Assembly: GCA_028276365.1 (NCBI GenBank)
Contig: JAPYWL010000001.1
Coordinates: forward strand, 16,488 to 80,487
DNA length: 64,000 nucleotides
Source of the DNA: Deltaproteobacteria bacterium
GTDB lineage: Bacteria > DRYD01
Reading direction: 5' to 3'
Positions 40,284 through 50,084 of this stretch are shown here, in pieces (positions within the stretch are counted from its first letter, which is position 1; each line of letters begins with the position of its first letter). The translations under genes and the position numbers were made by a program. Under the pieces are notes generated by a model. It saw nothing but the letters and a program-made list of their open reading frames with translations. It did no database searches and was not told the origin of the DNA.

Positions 40284-41180
40284 TTATCCCCTTTTTTCTA
40301 TTAAACTTATTAAACACTTTATAAAGATATCATTATCATTTAATAATTCTATTCTATAAAAATTAATTCCTTTTTTTAAGACGTTTTCTTTTAAAACTAT
40401 ATCAATGTCATATAAAACTTCCAAATGATCATTAATAAATCCAATTGGACAACTTATAACAGTTTCTATTGAGCTGTCTAGTTCTTCTACTATTTCTAAT
40501 ATATCAGGACCTAACCACTTTTCCTTAGCATAACTGGGAATACTTTGATAACCTATAGCATATTTAATTATACCTATTTCTTTCACTAATTTCTCTACTA
40601 TTTCTTTTATTTGAATAATATAAATATCATTTTGTTCTAGTATTCTATAAGGCAGACTATGGAAACTGAATAAAAATAAAACTTTATCATCTATTTTCAA
40701 ATTGTTGCTTTTTAAGACTTTAAATATATTTTCTTTAAAACCATTAATTAAATATTCATTTAAGTGATAACCATATATGTAATTAAATTTTATTTTTTCA
40801 CTTTTTGTTCTTTCAAAATAATCTTTAATATTATAATTTGAATAATATGGAGATAAAATAATAGCATAAGATTCAGTAATATTATCTTGTTCCATTTGCT
40901 TTACAACTTCTTCTATATAAGGATTAATATGTTTAAAAGCTAGATAAACTTTATATAAATTAGGGTATTTTTTATCTAATTCAGTTTGAAGTTTTTTAGC
41001 TAATGATAAAGATATATCATTTAGAGGGCTTTTTCCCCCTATTTTTATATATTTTTCTTTTAATTCTTCAAGTAGTTCTTTAGTTAATTCTTTTCCTTTT
41101 AAGATATGTCTATAGTATCTTTCTACATCATCTAAAGTATAAATAGTTCCATAACTTAGTAATAAAATTCCTTTTTTCAT
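40284..41180 (-). CDS. hemH: Ferrochelatase family protein
   Basis: GILLLSYGT, KSPLNDIS, FSFHSLP, GFINDHLEVLYDIDI. Confidence 0.75.
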   Translation of the reverse strand: MKKGILLLSYGTIYTLDDVERYYRHILKGKELTKELLEELKEKYIKIGGKSPLNDISLSLAKKLQTELDKKYPNLYKVYLAFKHINPYIEEVVKQMEQDNITESYAIILSPYYSNYNIKDYFERTKSEKIKFNYIYGYHLNEYLINGFKENIFKVLKSNNLKIDDKVLFLFSFHSLPYRILEQNDIYIIQIKEIVEKLVKEIGIIKYAIGYQSIPSYAKEKWLGPDILEIVEELDSSIETVISCPIGFINDHLEVLYDIDIVLKENVLKKGINFYRIELLNDNDIFIKCLISLIEKRG

Positions 41181-41190
41181 ATATAATTAA

Positions 41191-41784
41191 TTAAAAACTC
41201 CTTTCTTTAAACTCTCCTGTATTATAATCATAGTATCCTATTTTTTTTACTTGTATTTTAATAGGATAATTATCTTGATAAAGATAATAAGGATCATAGT
41301 AATTATAATAATAAGTTGAATAACTTTGAGAATTAGAATAATAAAAATTGGAATAATTTGAGTAATTAGAATGTCTTGAAGAATTTGAAGATTTAAAGCT
41401 TATAGAATTTGAAGATTTGTAATAATCATTAAAAAAAAGATTATAATAAACATAGGAAGGATAGCAAATTGTTTTATACTTTTGTATATAATTACTTGAA
41501 GTATTAGAATTATATATAGGATATAATTCAACTGCTCTTATAGGATAAAGAGCATTTGAATGATTATAATTAGTATCGTTACTTTTATATTCTACATACT
41601 TATATGTAATGCATATGTTATTAGGATAGTAATTATTTAAACAATAGCTTCTTATATAATTACTATTTTTTGATTTAGCAAGAGAATAATCTTTTAAATA
41701 AAACATTATAAATGATAATATTAAAATAAATATATATAAATCAATTTTTAATTTTATTTTATTTACTTTATTTATTTTACTCAT
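41191..41784 (-). CDS. Hypothetical exported Tyr/Asn/Ser-rich protein (197 aa)
   Basis: N-terminal hydrophobic segment, then extreme Y/N/S content (e.g. SNYSNYSNFYYSNSQSYSTYYYNYYDPYYLYQDNYP) and four Cys. Confidence 0.5.
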   Translation of the reverse strand: MSKINKVNKIKLKIDLYIFILILSFIMFYLKDYSLAKSKNSNYIRSYCLNNYYPNNICITYKYVEYKSNDTNYNHSNALYPIRAVELYPIYNSNTSSNYIQKYKTICYPSYVYYNLFFNDYYKSSNSISFKSSNSSRHSNYSNYSNFYYSNSQSYSTYYYNYYDPYYLYQDNYPIKIQVKKIGYYDYNTGEFKERSF

Positions 41785-41876
41785 TTTTCCTACCCCTACT
41801 TCTTACTATTTACTTTATTTATTTAATTTTTTAAAGATATTGAATAAATAGTAAATAAATATTGGTTAAATAATTG

Positions 41877-43373
41877 TTAATAAATAATGGATTTGATAGT
41901 AGGTTTAGGTTCTCTTGAAGCTAAAGCATCATTTATTCTTTTTACAGGAGTAGTTAATGGAGCTTCCTTTAATATTTCTGGATTTGTTTCTATTTCTTTG
42001 ATTACATTTTCAAAAGATTTTACAAAATTATCTAAGCTTTCTAAACTTTCTGTTTCTGTAGGTTCTATCATTAAACATTCCTCTACAATTAATGGGAAAT
42101 AAACAGTTGGAGGATGTACATTATAATCTAATAACCTTTTAGCTATATCAAAAGCTTTTATTCCCTTTGATTTATAGTTAGAAGCAGATAATACAAACTC
42201 ATGACAACAGAAACCCTTATATAAATCTACAAAATAATTTTTTAATCTTAATTTTAAATAATTAGCATTTAATACACTATTTTCAGCTACTTTATTTATT
42301 TGATTCCCATAGCTTAATATATAATTCAGTGCTCTAATTAAAACTAAAATATTTCCCCAAAAATCCCTTATCATTCCTATACTATCTGGGTAATCAAAAT
42401 CTAAATTAAATACATTATTTTTTAGAGAAATTCTAGGGATAGGTAAAAAAGGAGCTAAAAACTCTTTTACAGCAATGGGACCACTGCCTGGACCCCCTGA
42501 GCCATGCGGAGTAGAAAAAGTTTTGTGTAAATTAAGATGTAACATATCAAAACCCATATCCCCAGGTTTTAATTTACCTATTATTGCATTAAAATTTGCA
42601 CCATCATAATACGTTAATATATCATTTTCTTTACATATTTTAGTAATTAATTCTATATTTTTTTCATATATTCCTAATGTATTTGGATTAGTTATCATAA
42701 ATACAGCTATATTTTCTTTGTTTTGATTAATATAATCTGTTAAATCCTGTAAATCAATTTGTCCTAAGGTATTACTTTTTATAGTTTTTACTTCAAAATT
42801 AGCCATTGTAGCTGATGCGGGATTGGTACCATGTGCACTGTCTGGAATTAATACTATCTTTTTTCTATTTTTATCTCTGTATTTTTTTTCAAAATATTTT
42901 TTAGCAATTAATAAAGAAGCATACTCTCCATGTGCTCCTGCTGCTGGTAATAAACTAACTTCATCCATTCCTACTAATTCCTTTATGTAATTTTCTAATT
43001 CTTTTAATATTTTTAAAATCCCTTGGATATTTTCTTTATTTTCCAAAGGATGTAAATTTAATAACCTTTTATCCTTAGCTATATAATCATTTATTTTGGG
43101 ATTATATTTCATTGTACAAGAACCTAATGGATAGATACCTACATCTATCGCCCAGTTTTTTCTACTTAAATTAGTAAAGTGTCTAACAACTGTTAATTCA
43201 TCTAAATTAGGATAAGTTAAATCATCTCTTACTTTATTTAATATTTTTGATTTATCATTTATATTAGCTTGTAAAAATTCTATTAGATTATCATTTATAT
43301 AATTTGAAGCTAAATTATTGGTTTTAAAAAAATTAATTATTTCACTTAAGCCTTTTTCTTGATTTAGTAACAT
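41877..43373 (-). CDS. gcvPB: Glycine dehydrogenase (decarboxylating) subunit 2
   Basis: YPLGSCTMKYNP and the PLP-lysine region LHLNLHKTFSTPHGSGGPGSGPIAV. Confidence 0.9.
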   Translation of the reverse strand: MLLNQEKGLSEIINFFKTNNLASNYINDNLIEFLQANINDKSKILNKVRDDLTYPNLDELTVVRHFTNLSRKNWAIDVGIYPLGSCTMKYNPKINDYIAKDKRLLNLHPLENKENIQGILKILKELENYIKELVGMDEVSLLPAAGAHGEYASLLIAKKYFEKKYRDKNRKKIVLIPDSAHGTNPASATMANFEVKTIKSNTLGQIDLQDLTDYINQNKENIAVFMITNPNTLGIYEKNIELITKICKENDILTYYDGANFNAIIGKLKPGDMGFDMLHLNLHKTFSTPHGSGGPGSGPIAVKEFLAPFLPIPRISLKNNVFNLDFDYPDSIGMIRDFWGNILVLIRALNYILSYGNQINKVAENSVLNANYLKLRLKNYFVDLYKGFCCHEFVLSASNYKSKGIKAFDIAKRLLDYNVHPPTVYFPLIVEECLMIEPTETESLESLDNFVKSFENVIKEIETNPEILKEAPLTTPVKRINDALASREPKPTIKSIIY

Positions 43374-43409
43374 TTTAAATCAACTCTTTCTCCCCCTTTT
43401 TAAATTTTC

Positions 43410-44888
43410 CTAAATTAAGCTAAATTCCTCTTTTTGGATTGTATCTATTAAATTAAAATTCTGATTAGTTAATAAATTTAAATATGGAATTTTTATCCTT
43501 TTTATAGTTGAGTTAGTATTATAAAAAATGAAATTGTTTAGTTTATCATTATAAATTCTTATTTTTGAATAATTGTATATTTCTTCATCATAAAACAAGC
43601 TATAAACATAATCTTTATAAATAAACCGTATTTTTTTAAATAACGAATCTATAAAAAACAAAGTAGGTATGCTATAATCTTTTAAAAAAGAAATAGATAA
43701 AATTTTACCTTTAATATTTTCATAACTGTTTAAACCTTTTAATTTAATATGATAGCTTTTAGCTGTATTTATATTTAAGTATCTTATAGCTGAGTATTGA
43801 TTATCGCTTACAAATATGATATCTTCATTTATTGTAATATCTTTTATATTTCCCCATATAGTTTCTCTCCACTCACCATCTACTATTCTCTTCTCAAATG
43901 AAATATTAGATCCTGAAACATTATAAGGAAATAAATTAACATCTTCAAAAATATTAAATAATTGCATATATTCTGGAATTATTTTATAAAAGTAAATTCT
44001 ATTAAATGAACTTAATATTATAAAGTTTTTAGCTAATCTTACATGGATTATATTATCTATTTTTAATTTATACTCTTTTTCGTTTATTATTTGAATTTGG
44101 TTATTTTCTATTAGTAATTTATAAAAAATTAATTTTTTATTCAATAAAGAGTAGATTGCTAAGATAAATTCTTTATTATCTAAATAAAAAATATCAAACG
44201 ATATAAAATCATTTTTAAATTCTATTGTTTTTTTTAAATTAAAATCTAAATCAAAAAAAACTAAATAACTACTTAAATTATTATAAAAACAAACTAAAAT
44301 TAAATTTCCTTCTGGTTTAAATTCTACAATGTTTTTCCTACTTAATATATAATAATCTTTTTGATCATATTCATTTATGATAAAATTATTAATCAAAAAC
44401 GAGTTATTACAGATATTATTTTCAAAGTTTTCCTCTGTAAGAAAAAATACTTCCTTTTTATTAAAACCAAAAATTACTGGTTTTAAAGTTAAATTTAAAT
44501 TAGTATCAATTACTTCTAAAGTAGAATTTTTATTTGTAAGAATATATTTTTTATTGTCTTTATAAAATTCAATTTCAAATATATCAAATAGAATATAACT
44601 AGGATAGTTTAAATCGTATACTAAATAATCTTCATAATTCTTTACTTTATGAAAAATTATTGGTATTAAATTAACTTTTTTATTCAACTCCTCTAATTTT
44701 TTTTGAAACTTTAGTAATAATTGTATATTGTATAACTCTAAATTAAAAAATAAAAAAAGTTTAGAATTATCTAATTGAAATAAGTAATTTGTATTTAAAG
44801 GTAAGAATTTTAGATTAAAAAAATCTTTTAAATCTTTTATTTTTTTTATCATAACTAAGAATATTATATGTAAAATGTTTTGTACCAT
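43410..44888 (-). CDS. Hypothetical protein (492 aa), beta-rich and repeat-like
   Basis: Long ORF with no recognisable catalytic motif. One NHL-like segment (ITINEDIIFVSDNQYSAIRYLN). The start may be the internal ATG at 44852, which removes the 25-nt overlap with nadK. Confidence 0.5.
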   Translation of the reverse strand: MVQNILHIIFLVMIKKIKDLKDFFNLKFLPLNTNYLFQLDNSKLFLFFNLELYNIQLLLKFQKKLEELNKKVNLIPIIFHKVKNYEDYLVYDLNYPSYILFDIFEIEFYKDNKKYILTNKNSTLEVIDTNLNLTLKPVIFGFNKKEVFFLTEENFENNICNNSFLINNFIINEYDQKDYYILSRKNIVEFKPEGNLILVCFYNNLSSYLVFFDLDFNLKKTIEFKNDFISFDIFYLDNKEFILAIYSLLNKKLIFYKLLIENNQIQIINEKEYKLKIDNIIHVRLAKNFIILSSFNRIYFYKIIPEYMQLFNIFEDVNLFPYNVSGSNISFEKRIVDGEWRETIWGNIKDITINEDIIFVSDNQYSAIRYLNINTAKSYHIKLKGLNSYENIKGKILSISFLKDYSIPTLFFIDSLFKKIRFIYKDYVYSLFYDEEIYNYSKIRIYNDKLNNFIFYNTNSTIKRIKIPYLNLLTNQNFNLIDTIQKEEFSLI

Positions 44889-45769
44889 TTATCAAATATA
44901 TTGGTTTTTCCCATTAAATAAAAATAAGAATTATCTAATTCGATTTTTATTGTTTCTTTAGGTTTAAGAATTAAATTATTTAAAATTTGCCCATCTTTGA
45001 TTATTATTAATTCATTATTATCCAAATTTTCTATATATATTTTTTTATCTTTAAAAATTTGGGGTTTATATTTAATAGAATGTGGTGCAATAAAAGTTAT
45101 TCCTATTAAATTATCTATATCTAAATCTATAAATATCCCATTTAATGATAAGAAATATCCTGTAGTTCCAAATTTTGAGAAAACTAATAAACCATCTGAT
45201 AACTCCTGTATATATATATCAGAATCATTTATATAATATCTTAATTTAACTGGTTTATAATAAATTTTACTTTTTATAAATATGTCCCCTATAAAATACT
45301 CTTCTATATCCCTTATCGTTAGTTTCATAAAAAATCCTTTTAAATAAATAGAATTATTATAATCAATTAAAATTTTATTCACAAAATTATCAATATTATT
45401 TATATAGTCTTTATCATAGAAACAATAAAAACCTTTACTACCAAAATTTATTGGAAATACAAAGATATTTAAATTAGATTTAATTTTTTTTTTAACTAAA
45501 GATTTTTTTATTAAAGATAAAGAATTAAATAATGTTCCATCTCCACCAAGGGTAATTAAAAATATTTTTGAATCTTCTCTTAATGATAAATTGTCATTAA
45601 ATTTTTCACTATCCTTTATAATATCATATATCCCTAATAAATCTATATTACTATTTTTATTCAATAAACTATCATTTTGATTTATATACAAACTTAATTT
45701 ATTGTAGAAATCTTGAGCTTTGTTATATTCAATATTAAGAGAATTATAAAATACTAAAAAATAAATCAT
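44864..45769 (-). CDS. nadK: NAD+ kinase
   Basis: ITLGGDGTLFNS (GGDGT motif) and GTTGYFLSLNG. Confidence 0.8.
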   Translation of the reverse strand: MIYFLVFYNSLNIEYNKAQDFYNKLSLYINQNDSLLNKNSNIDLLGIYDIIKDSEKFNDNLSLREDSKIFLITLGGDGTLFNSLSLIKKSLVKKKIKSNLNIFVFPINFGSKGFYCFYDKDYINNIDNFVNKILIDYNNSIYLKGFFMKLTIRDIEEYFIGDIFIKSKIYYKPVKLRYYINDSDIYIQELSDGLLVFSKFGTTGYFLSLNGIFIDLDIDNLIGITFIAPHSIKYKPQIFKDKKIYIENLDNNELIIIKDGQILNNLILKPKETIKIELDNSYFYLMGKTNIFDKWYKTFYI

Positions 45770-45775
45770 ACATAA

Positions 45776-46621
45776 TTATGACCTTAAATTAAGATAAAGT
45801 AAATTAAAATTATTATTCAGATTTTCATAAAAATTAATATAAAATTTTTCAATAAATTTATTAATAAAATCTGGATTTGCTAAAGAATTATTTACTAAGT
45901 ATAATTTAATATTAGCTTGGAGAATAAATTTATTATTAGCTATTTTTATAGCACTACCAACTATTTTTTGATTGTTATAAGTTAATTCAAATGACATTGG
46001 ATTGGCAAAACAGTCAAACTTTTTTAAGTTTTCATCTATTTTTCTGTTATTTCCTTCTATAATTAAGTTATCTAATTTATTATATAATTTTATGTTTAAT
46101 GAAGTTAAAGTATCTTTTACTGTTTTATTAAAAAATTGATGAATAAAATTTAAAATATTTTCTTTATTAAAATTAATTTTTCTAAATATAATAGTATTGC
46201 CTATTACGCTAAAAGTTAGATCTTTTTTAGGTAAATGATATACTGCTTTACCACCTGTTATTCTTCTAACTATTAAATAATTTCTATTTTTATTAATTAT
46301 TTCTTGATCAATTTTTTGTAGCTTACCTATTGTAATAGTGTTATTAGAAAATTGGTAAAACCTTATTAATAAGACATTATTAACGTAATTGTTAATATAG
46401 TCTAAGTTTTTAAATAAAAATTCATCTATTTTCATATGTAAAAAACCACCTAATTTGCTAAATTCTAATATAAACAAATTGATATTTTCACTATCAACAT
46501 TATATTCAAATAATTTTACTAATTTTTTTATATCTTTTAGATACAATAATTTAATTAATTCTTTTAAATCTAATTTATTCTGAAATATAAAATTTGTTTT
46601 TGACAAAGAGACATTCGTCAT
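45776..46621 (-). CDS. Lipoate-protein ligase / octanoyltransferase family (BPL_LplA_LipB) protein
   Basis: VRRITGGKAVYH (compare RR.SGGGAVYHD) and KIVGSAIK with the conserved lysine. Confidence 0.6.
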   Translation of the reverse strand: MTNVSLSKTNFIFQNKLDLKELIKLLYLKDIKKLVKLFEYNVDSENINLFILEFSKLGGFLHMKIDEFLFKNLDYINNYVNNVLLIRFYQFSNNTITIGKLQKIDQEIINKNRNYLIVRRITGGKAVYHLPKKDLTFSVIGNTIIFRKINFNKENILNFIHQFFNKTVKDTLTSLNIKLYNKLDNLIIEGNNRKIDENLKKFDCFANPMSFELTYNNQKIVGSAIKIANNKFILQANIKLYLVNNSLANPDFINKFIEKFYINFYENLNNNFNLLYLNLRS

Positions 46622-46754
46622 TTTTTTATGCTTACCCTCCTGATTTTAAAAATATACTCTTTAAAAAGCAAAATTTTATAAAAAGGATTTATAGGGTATT
46701 AAGTTATTTATATTTTTATTCTATATTAGTAATTTGCTATTTAGTGTAAAAAAA

Positions 46755-47822
46755 TTAGTAAAGAGTTACATAAGCTTCATCATCATAGTATAATTTTCTT
46801 TCTAATTTAACTTGTTTATTATAAGGGTAATATGGGTTAGGTTTATCTATTAGAATTAATCTATGGAAAGCAGAATTATACCAAGGTTTTTCTGGTTTAT
46901 TTATATTAACTCCTAATTTATTAATAGCTTCGGTATATACTTTATAACCTTTACTTACTATATCTTCAGGATTTAAATCATATAATTGGAATTTATCTAT
47001 TAAATCAGTTATTACTAAGTTCATTGAATATAAATTAGAGTGAATTTTATGCCACTTTTTATAAGAAGCTTCTAAATGAGTTAATCCAAAATATACCACT
47101 CCTTCTTCTTTTAACATGCTAACTCCACGAGATATAAATAGTGTTATCCCTTCTATTGTTTCAACGGGATCAGTTAAGAATGTATCAAATTTGTTTAAAA
47201 ATTCTTCTTTAACTGGATCTTCTACATTATACACTACTGCTTCTAAGTTATTTAGATTTTGCTCTTTTGCTTTTTGATTAATATAGTCTACTAATCTTTT
47301 ATCAGCTTCTAAAACTAATATTTTATTAGGTAAATTAGATAAAGATAATACAATAGAAGTTAAATCATCATCTCCTATTAATACTATATCTTTGTTTTCA
47401 ATATCTCCTTTATAATACATGAAAATTACTCGGGAAATAAGGGTTTTTTCTTCAACTATTCCTTGATCAAATTCAGGTATTGCATTTGGTCTATCTTTTG
47501 TTATTTCTAAAAATCTTCTTAAAACATTTTCAAAATAATTAGTTATTTTAATTCCTTTGCCTTCACATTCTTTACATTTTACATCTTGATATTCTATTTT
47601 TAATGAATTTTTTATTAAGTTTTTCCCTTTTTCTGTTAAATAGAATAAATTATTTTCATACTTAATTAAATCATCTTTAAGTAATTTTTGTAGGGAATTA
47701 ATTGTATTTATATTATTTTCAAATGAAATAAGTAAAATATCCCAGTAGGATAGCGGATTTGCACTTAATGCTCTTAATATTATATAATCTATTTTATTAT
47801 ATACTAAAGTTAATTCTTTCAT
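46755..47822 (-). CDS. BpsA-like aminopropyltransferase (DUF43; branched-chain polyamine synthase family)
   Basis: Winged-helix-like N-terminus, VKCKECEGKG, IVLIGDDDLTSIVLS, FLTDPVETIEG. ATG at 47822 after SD AAGGGTG; the listed GTG at 47831 overlaps the SD. Confidence 0.65.
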   Translation of the reverse strand: MKELTLVYNKIDYIILRALSANPLSYWDILLISFENNINTINSLQKLLKDDLIKYENNLFYLTEKGKNLIKNSLKIEYQDVKCKECEGKGIKITNYFENVLRRFLEITKDRPNAIPEFDQGIVEEKTLISRVIFMYYKGDIENKDIVLIGDDDLTSIVLSLSNLPNKILVLEADKRLVDYINQKAKEQNLNNLEAVVYNVEDPVKEEFLNKFDTFLTDPVETIEGITLFISRGVSMLKEEGVVYFGLTHLEASYKKWHKIHSNLYSMNLVITDLIDKFQLYDLNPEDIVSKGYKVYTEAINKLGVNINKPEKPWYNSAFHRLILIDKPNPYYPYNKQVKLERKLYYDDEAYVTLY

Positions 47823-47973
47823 AAATATCACCCTTTATTTTTTAATTTAACTAAAATTTAATTATCTATTACTAATATTCTACATTCAGTTATTTTTAAC
47901 CTTTTTTAAAGAAAATAATTTAAAAAGGAATTCTAAAAATTTAAGATAAATTAGTAAAAAGAGGTTACTTTTT

Positions 47974-48915
47974 ATGTTAAATAATTTTTCATTAAAATTC
48001 TTGGATAAATTACCTAATTTTTACTTAAAACTTACAAAAAAATACAGTAATAGATTAATATTTGGAAGTAATAGATCAATATTTAAGGGTAGTGGAATTG
48101 AATTTATTGATGTAAGGGAATATATACCAGGTGATGACCCAAGATATATAGATTGGAATGTAAGTGCTAGATATAATCAATTATTTGTAAGGAATTTTCA
48201 AGAGGAAAGAGAGATCCCCATATTTATTTGTATAGATTTAAGCTCTACCTTGTTTTTTGGTACTAAAGATAAGTTGAAAATAGAGTTATTAATAGAATTG
48301 GTTGCATTTATTATTAATTTATCTTATTCTTTAAACGAGCGTTTAGGTGCTTTTATTTCTTTTAAAAATGAATTTTCTTATTTTAAACCATCTAGAAATT
48401 TAGGAAATAGTTATAAAATATTACATTTTTTAACTAATATTTATAAAGATTTTATAAATAATAAAGAAAAATATTTAGGAGCAGGTAATAATATAATACA
48501 ATTATTAACTAGAGTTAATCAATCTTTAAAAAGAACTTCTATTTTGTTTTTTATTTCTGATTTTATTGATATCGATGATAATAGTCTTAATAAAATTACT
48601 TTGCTTTTAAATTATTTTGTAAAAAAGAATAATGAATTATTTTTAATAAAAATAGGGGATCCTATTGAATTTGATTTACCCATAATAGGAACTATAACTT
48701 TATTAGACCCTATAACTAAAAAAGTTAGAACTTTTGAATTATCAAATGAAAAAATACGAGAAATTTTTAAACAAAAAGTATTAAGCAAATACGAAAAGCT
48801 TGAAAATATCGCAATTAAAAGTAATGCTTTGTATATAAGCTATTTAACTAATGAAAATCTTGAAACTAAAATAAAAGAATTCATTAAAAAAAATAGAGCT
48901 AAGAATAAGAGATAA
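47974..48915 (+). CDS. DUF58 domain protein (MoxR/Bat-associated family)
   Basis: GSGIEFIDVREYIPGDDPRYIDWNVSARYNQLFVRNFQEERE. Confidence 0.8.
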   Translation: MLNNFSLKFLDKLPNFYLKLTKKYSNRLIFGSNRSIFKGSGIEFIDVREYIPGDDPRYIDWNVSARYNQLFVRNFQEEREIPIFICIDLSSTLFFGTKDKLKIELLIELVAFIINLSYSLNERLGAFISFKNEFSYFKPSRNLGNSYKILHFLTNIYKDFINNKEKYLGAGNNIIQLLTRVNQSLKRTSILFFISDFIDIDDNSLNKITLLLNYFVKKNNELFLIKIGDPIEFDLPIIGTITLLDPITKKVRTFELSNEKIREIFKQKVLSKYEKLENIAIKSNALYISYLTNENLETKIKEFIKKNRAKNKR

Positions 48916-49011
48916 TATATCATTATAAATACCTCTTATAAAAAAGGATATAAAATATTTTTATTGAAATTAATATTGAGAAAGTTATATAAAAAGTTTT
49001 ATTAATTTTTT

Positions 49012-49647
49012 ATGGAAAAATTATATATTCTTCCTTTAACAAATATAGTTTTGTTTCCGGGGAACGTAGTAGGATTAGTACTTAATGATGAAAAATTAGC
49101 TAATAATATAACTCATAATTGGAGATTTATTAGTTTATTGGTTAAGGATGAAAAGGATAAGTTTAGTTTTTATGATTATGGTTGTTTATGTGAGGTAATT
49201 AGTGTCCAAAAACTATATGCTAATACTTTTATTATACAATTGAAAGCTTTTAAAAGAGTCAAAGTTTTTGATGTTAATTTTGAAGATATTTATCCTTATT
49301 CTTCTAACTTTAAAATATTAGAAGAACAAAAACTACAAGAGAACGAAGACGAAATAAAACTAAACTTATTAAATGTTGCCAAAAATTACATTGGGATATT
49401 AAATATAGGTTCCTATTATGAGAATCTATATAAAAAAGATTTATGTACTTTAACTGATTTATTAGCTTCTATAATAAGAATTAAACCTTCTATTAAGCAG
49501 GAATTCTTAGCTCAAGAAAATTGCTTTAAAAGAGCTACTAAATTAATACAATTAATAGAAGATATTTTAAAAAGATGGCCTGCTAAAAATATTATACTTA
49601 CAAATTTTATTAATAAACCCCTTATTTTTACTTTCTACTTTAACTAA
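49012..49647 (+). CDS. Stand-alone LON substrate-binding (Lon N-terminal) domain protein
   Basis: LPLTNIVLFPGNVVGLVL and an overall ~200-aa length typical of the family. Confidence 0.65.
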   Translation: MEKLYILPLTNIVLFPGNVVGLVLNDEKLANNITHNWRFISLLVKDEKDKFSFYDYGCLCEVISVQKLYANTFIIQLKAFKRVKVFDVNFEDIYPYSSNFKILEEQKLQENEDEIKLNLLNVAKNYIGILNIGSYYENLYKKDLCTLTDLLASIIRIKPSIKQEFLAQENCFKRATKLIQLIEDILKRWPAKNIILTNFINKPLIFTFYFN

Positions 49648-49991
49648 CTTTCTTTCAATTCCCTTAGGGTTAAGCTAAACTAAGGAAGATGTATATTTAC
49701 TCCAAATATAATAATTAGGTAGAAAAATAAAAAATCCTTCATAATAAAAAAAATCTGTTGATGTGAAATAGGCTAATTTTTCTGGGGGGATTGAGAGATT
49801 CAATATTACCAAACAAAAAGCATAATTTATAAAATAAAAAGTTGATAAATATTTACTATAATAAAAAAGTAATGAATTAAAGGATTTCAACAAGTTTTAG
49901 AGAAATATCTATAGGGATTAAAGATGGTATTAGTTTGCTAAAGTGTGAATGATGTAAATGTAAATCTATAGGCTTTGGATAGCCTAAAACT

Positions 49992-50050
49992 AAGCTTATA
50001 AAGGAGTGAAAATCTTTTAAAAAACAAGAAGTTCTACTTTTTATAAGCTT
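49992..50050 (+). promoter_or_regulatory. 11-bp perfect inverted repeat with a 37-nt spacer upstream of minC
   Basis: AAGCTTATAAA (49992-50002) / TTTATAAGCTT (50040-50050). It is preceded by a second hairpin, TAGGCT (49969-49974) / AGCCTA (49981-49986). Confidence 0.5.
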
Positions 50051-50084
50051 TCTATAAGGTGGAGTGGTTCACGGAGTTTTATAT

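Noticed and set aside
41887-42102. 71-aa + strand ORF.
   Set aside because: It is antisense inside gcvPB.
44377-45236. Two + strand ORFs (44377..44565 and 44997..45236).
   Set aside because: They are antisense inside the 492-aa gene and nadK respectively.
49675-49893. 72-aa minus-strand ORF in the long spacer upstream of minC.
   Set aside because: It has a TTG start, no SD, A/T-driven F/Y/L/I composition and a poly-A/T interior. I kept only the observation that the spacer is unusually long.
25817-50084. The idea that the C-poor, G/A-rich long spacers (25817-26053, 34676-34858, 49894-50063) are a family of CsrB-like GGA-motif sRNAs.
   Set aside because: Each has only a few GGA motifs and they share no alignable core. 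C-depletion on the + strand may simply reflect replication-strand G>C skew. They are reported individually as low-interest items instead.
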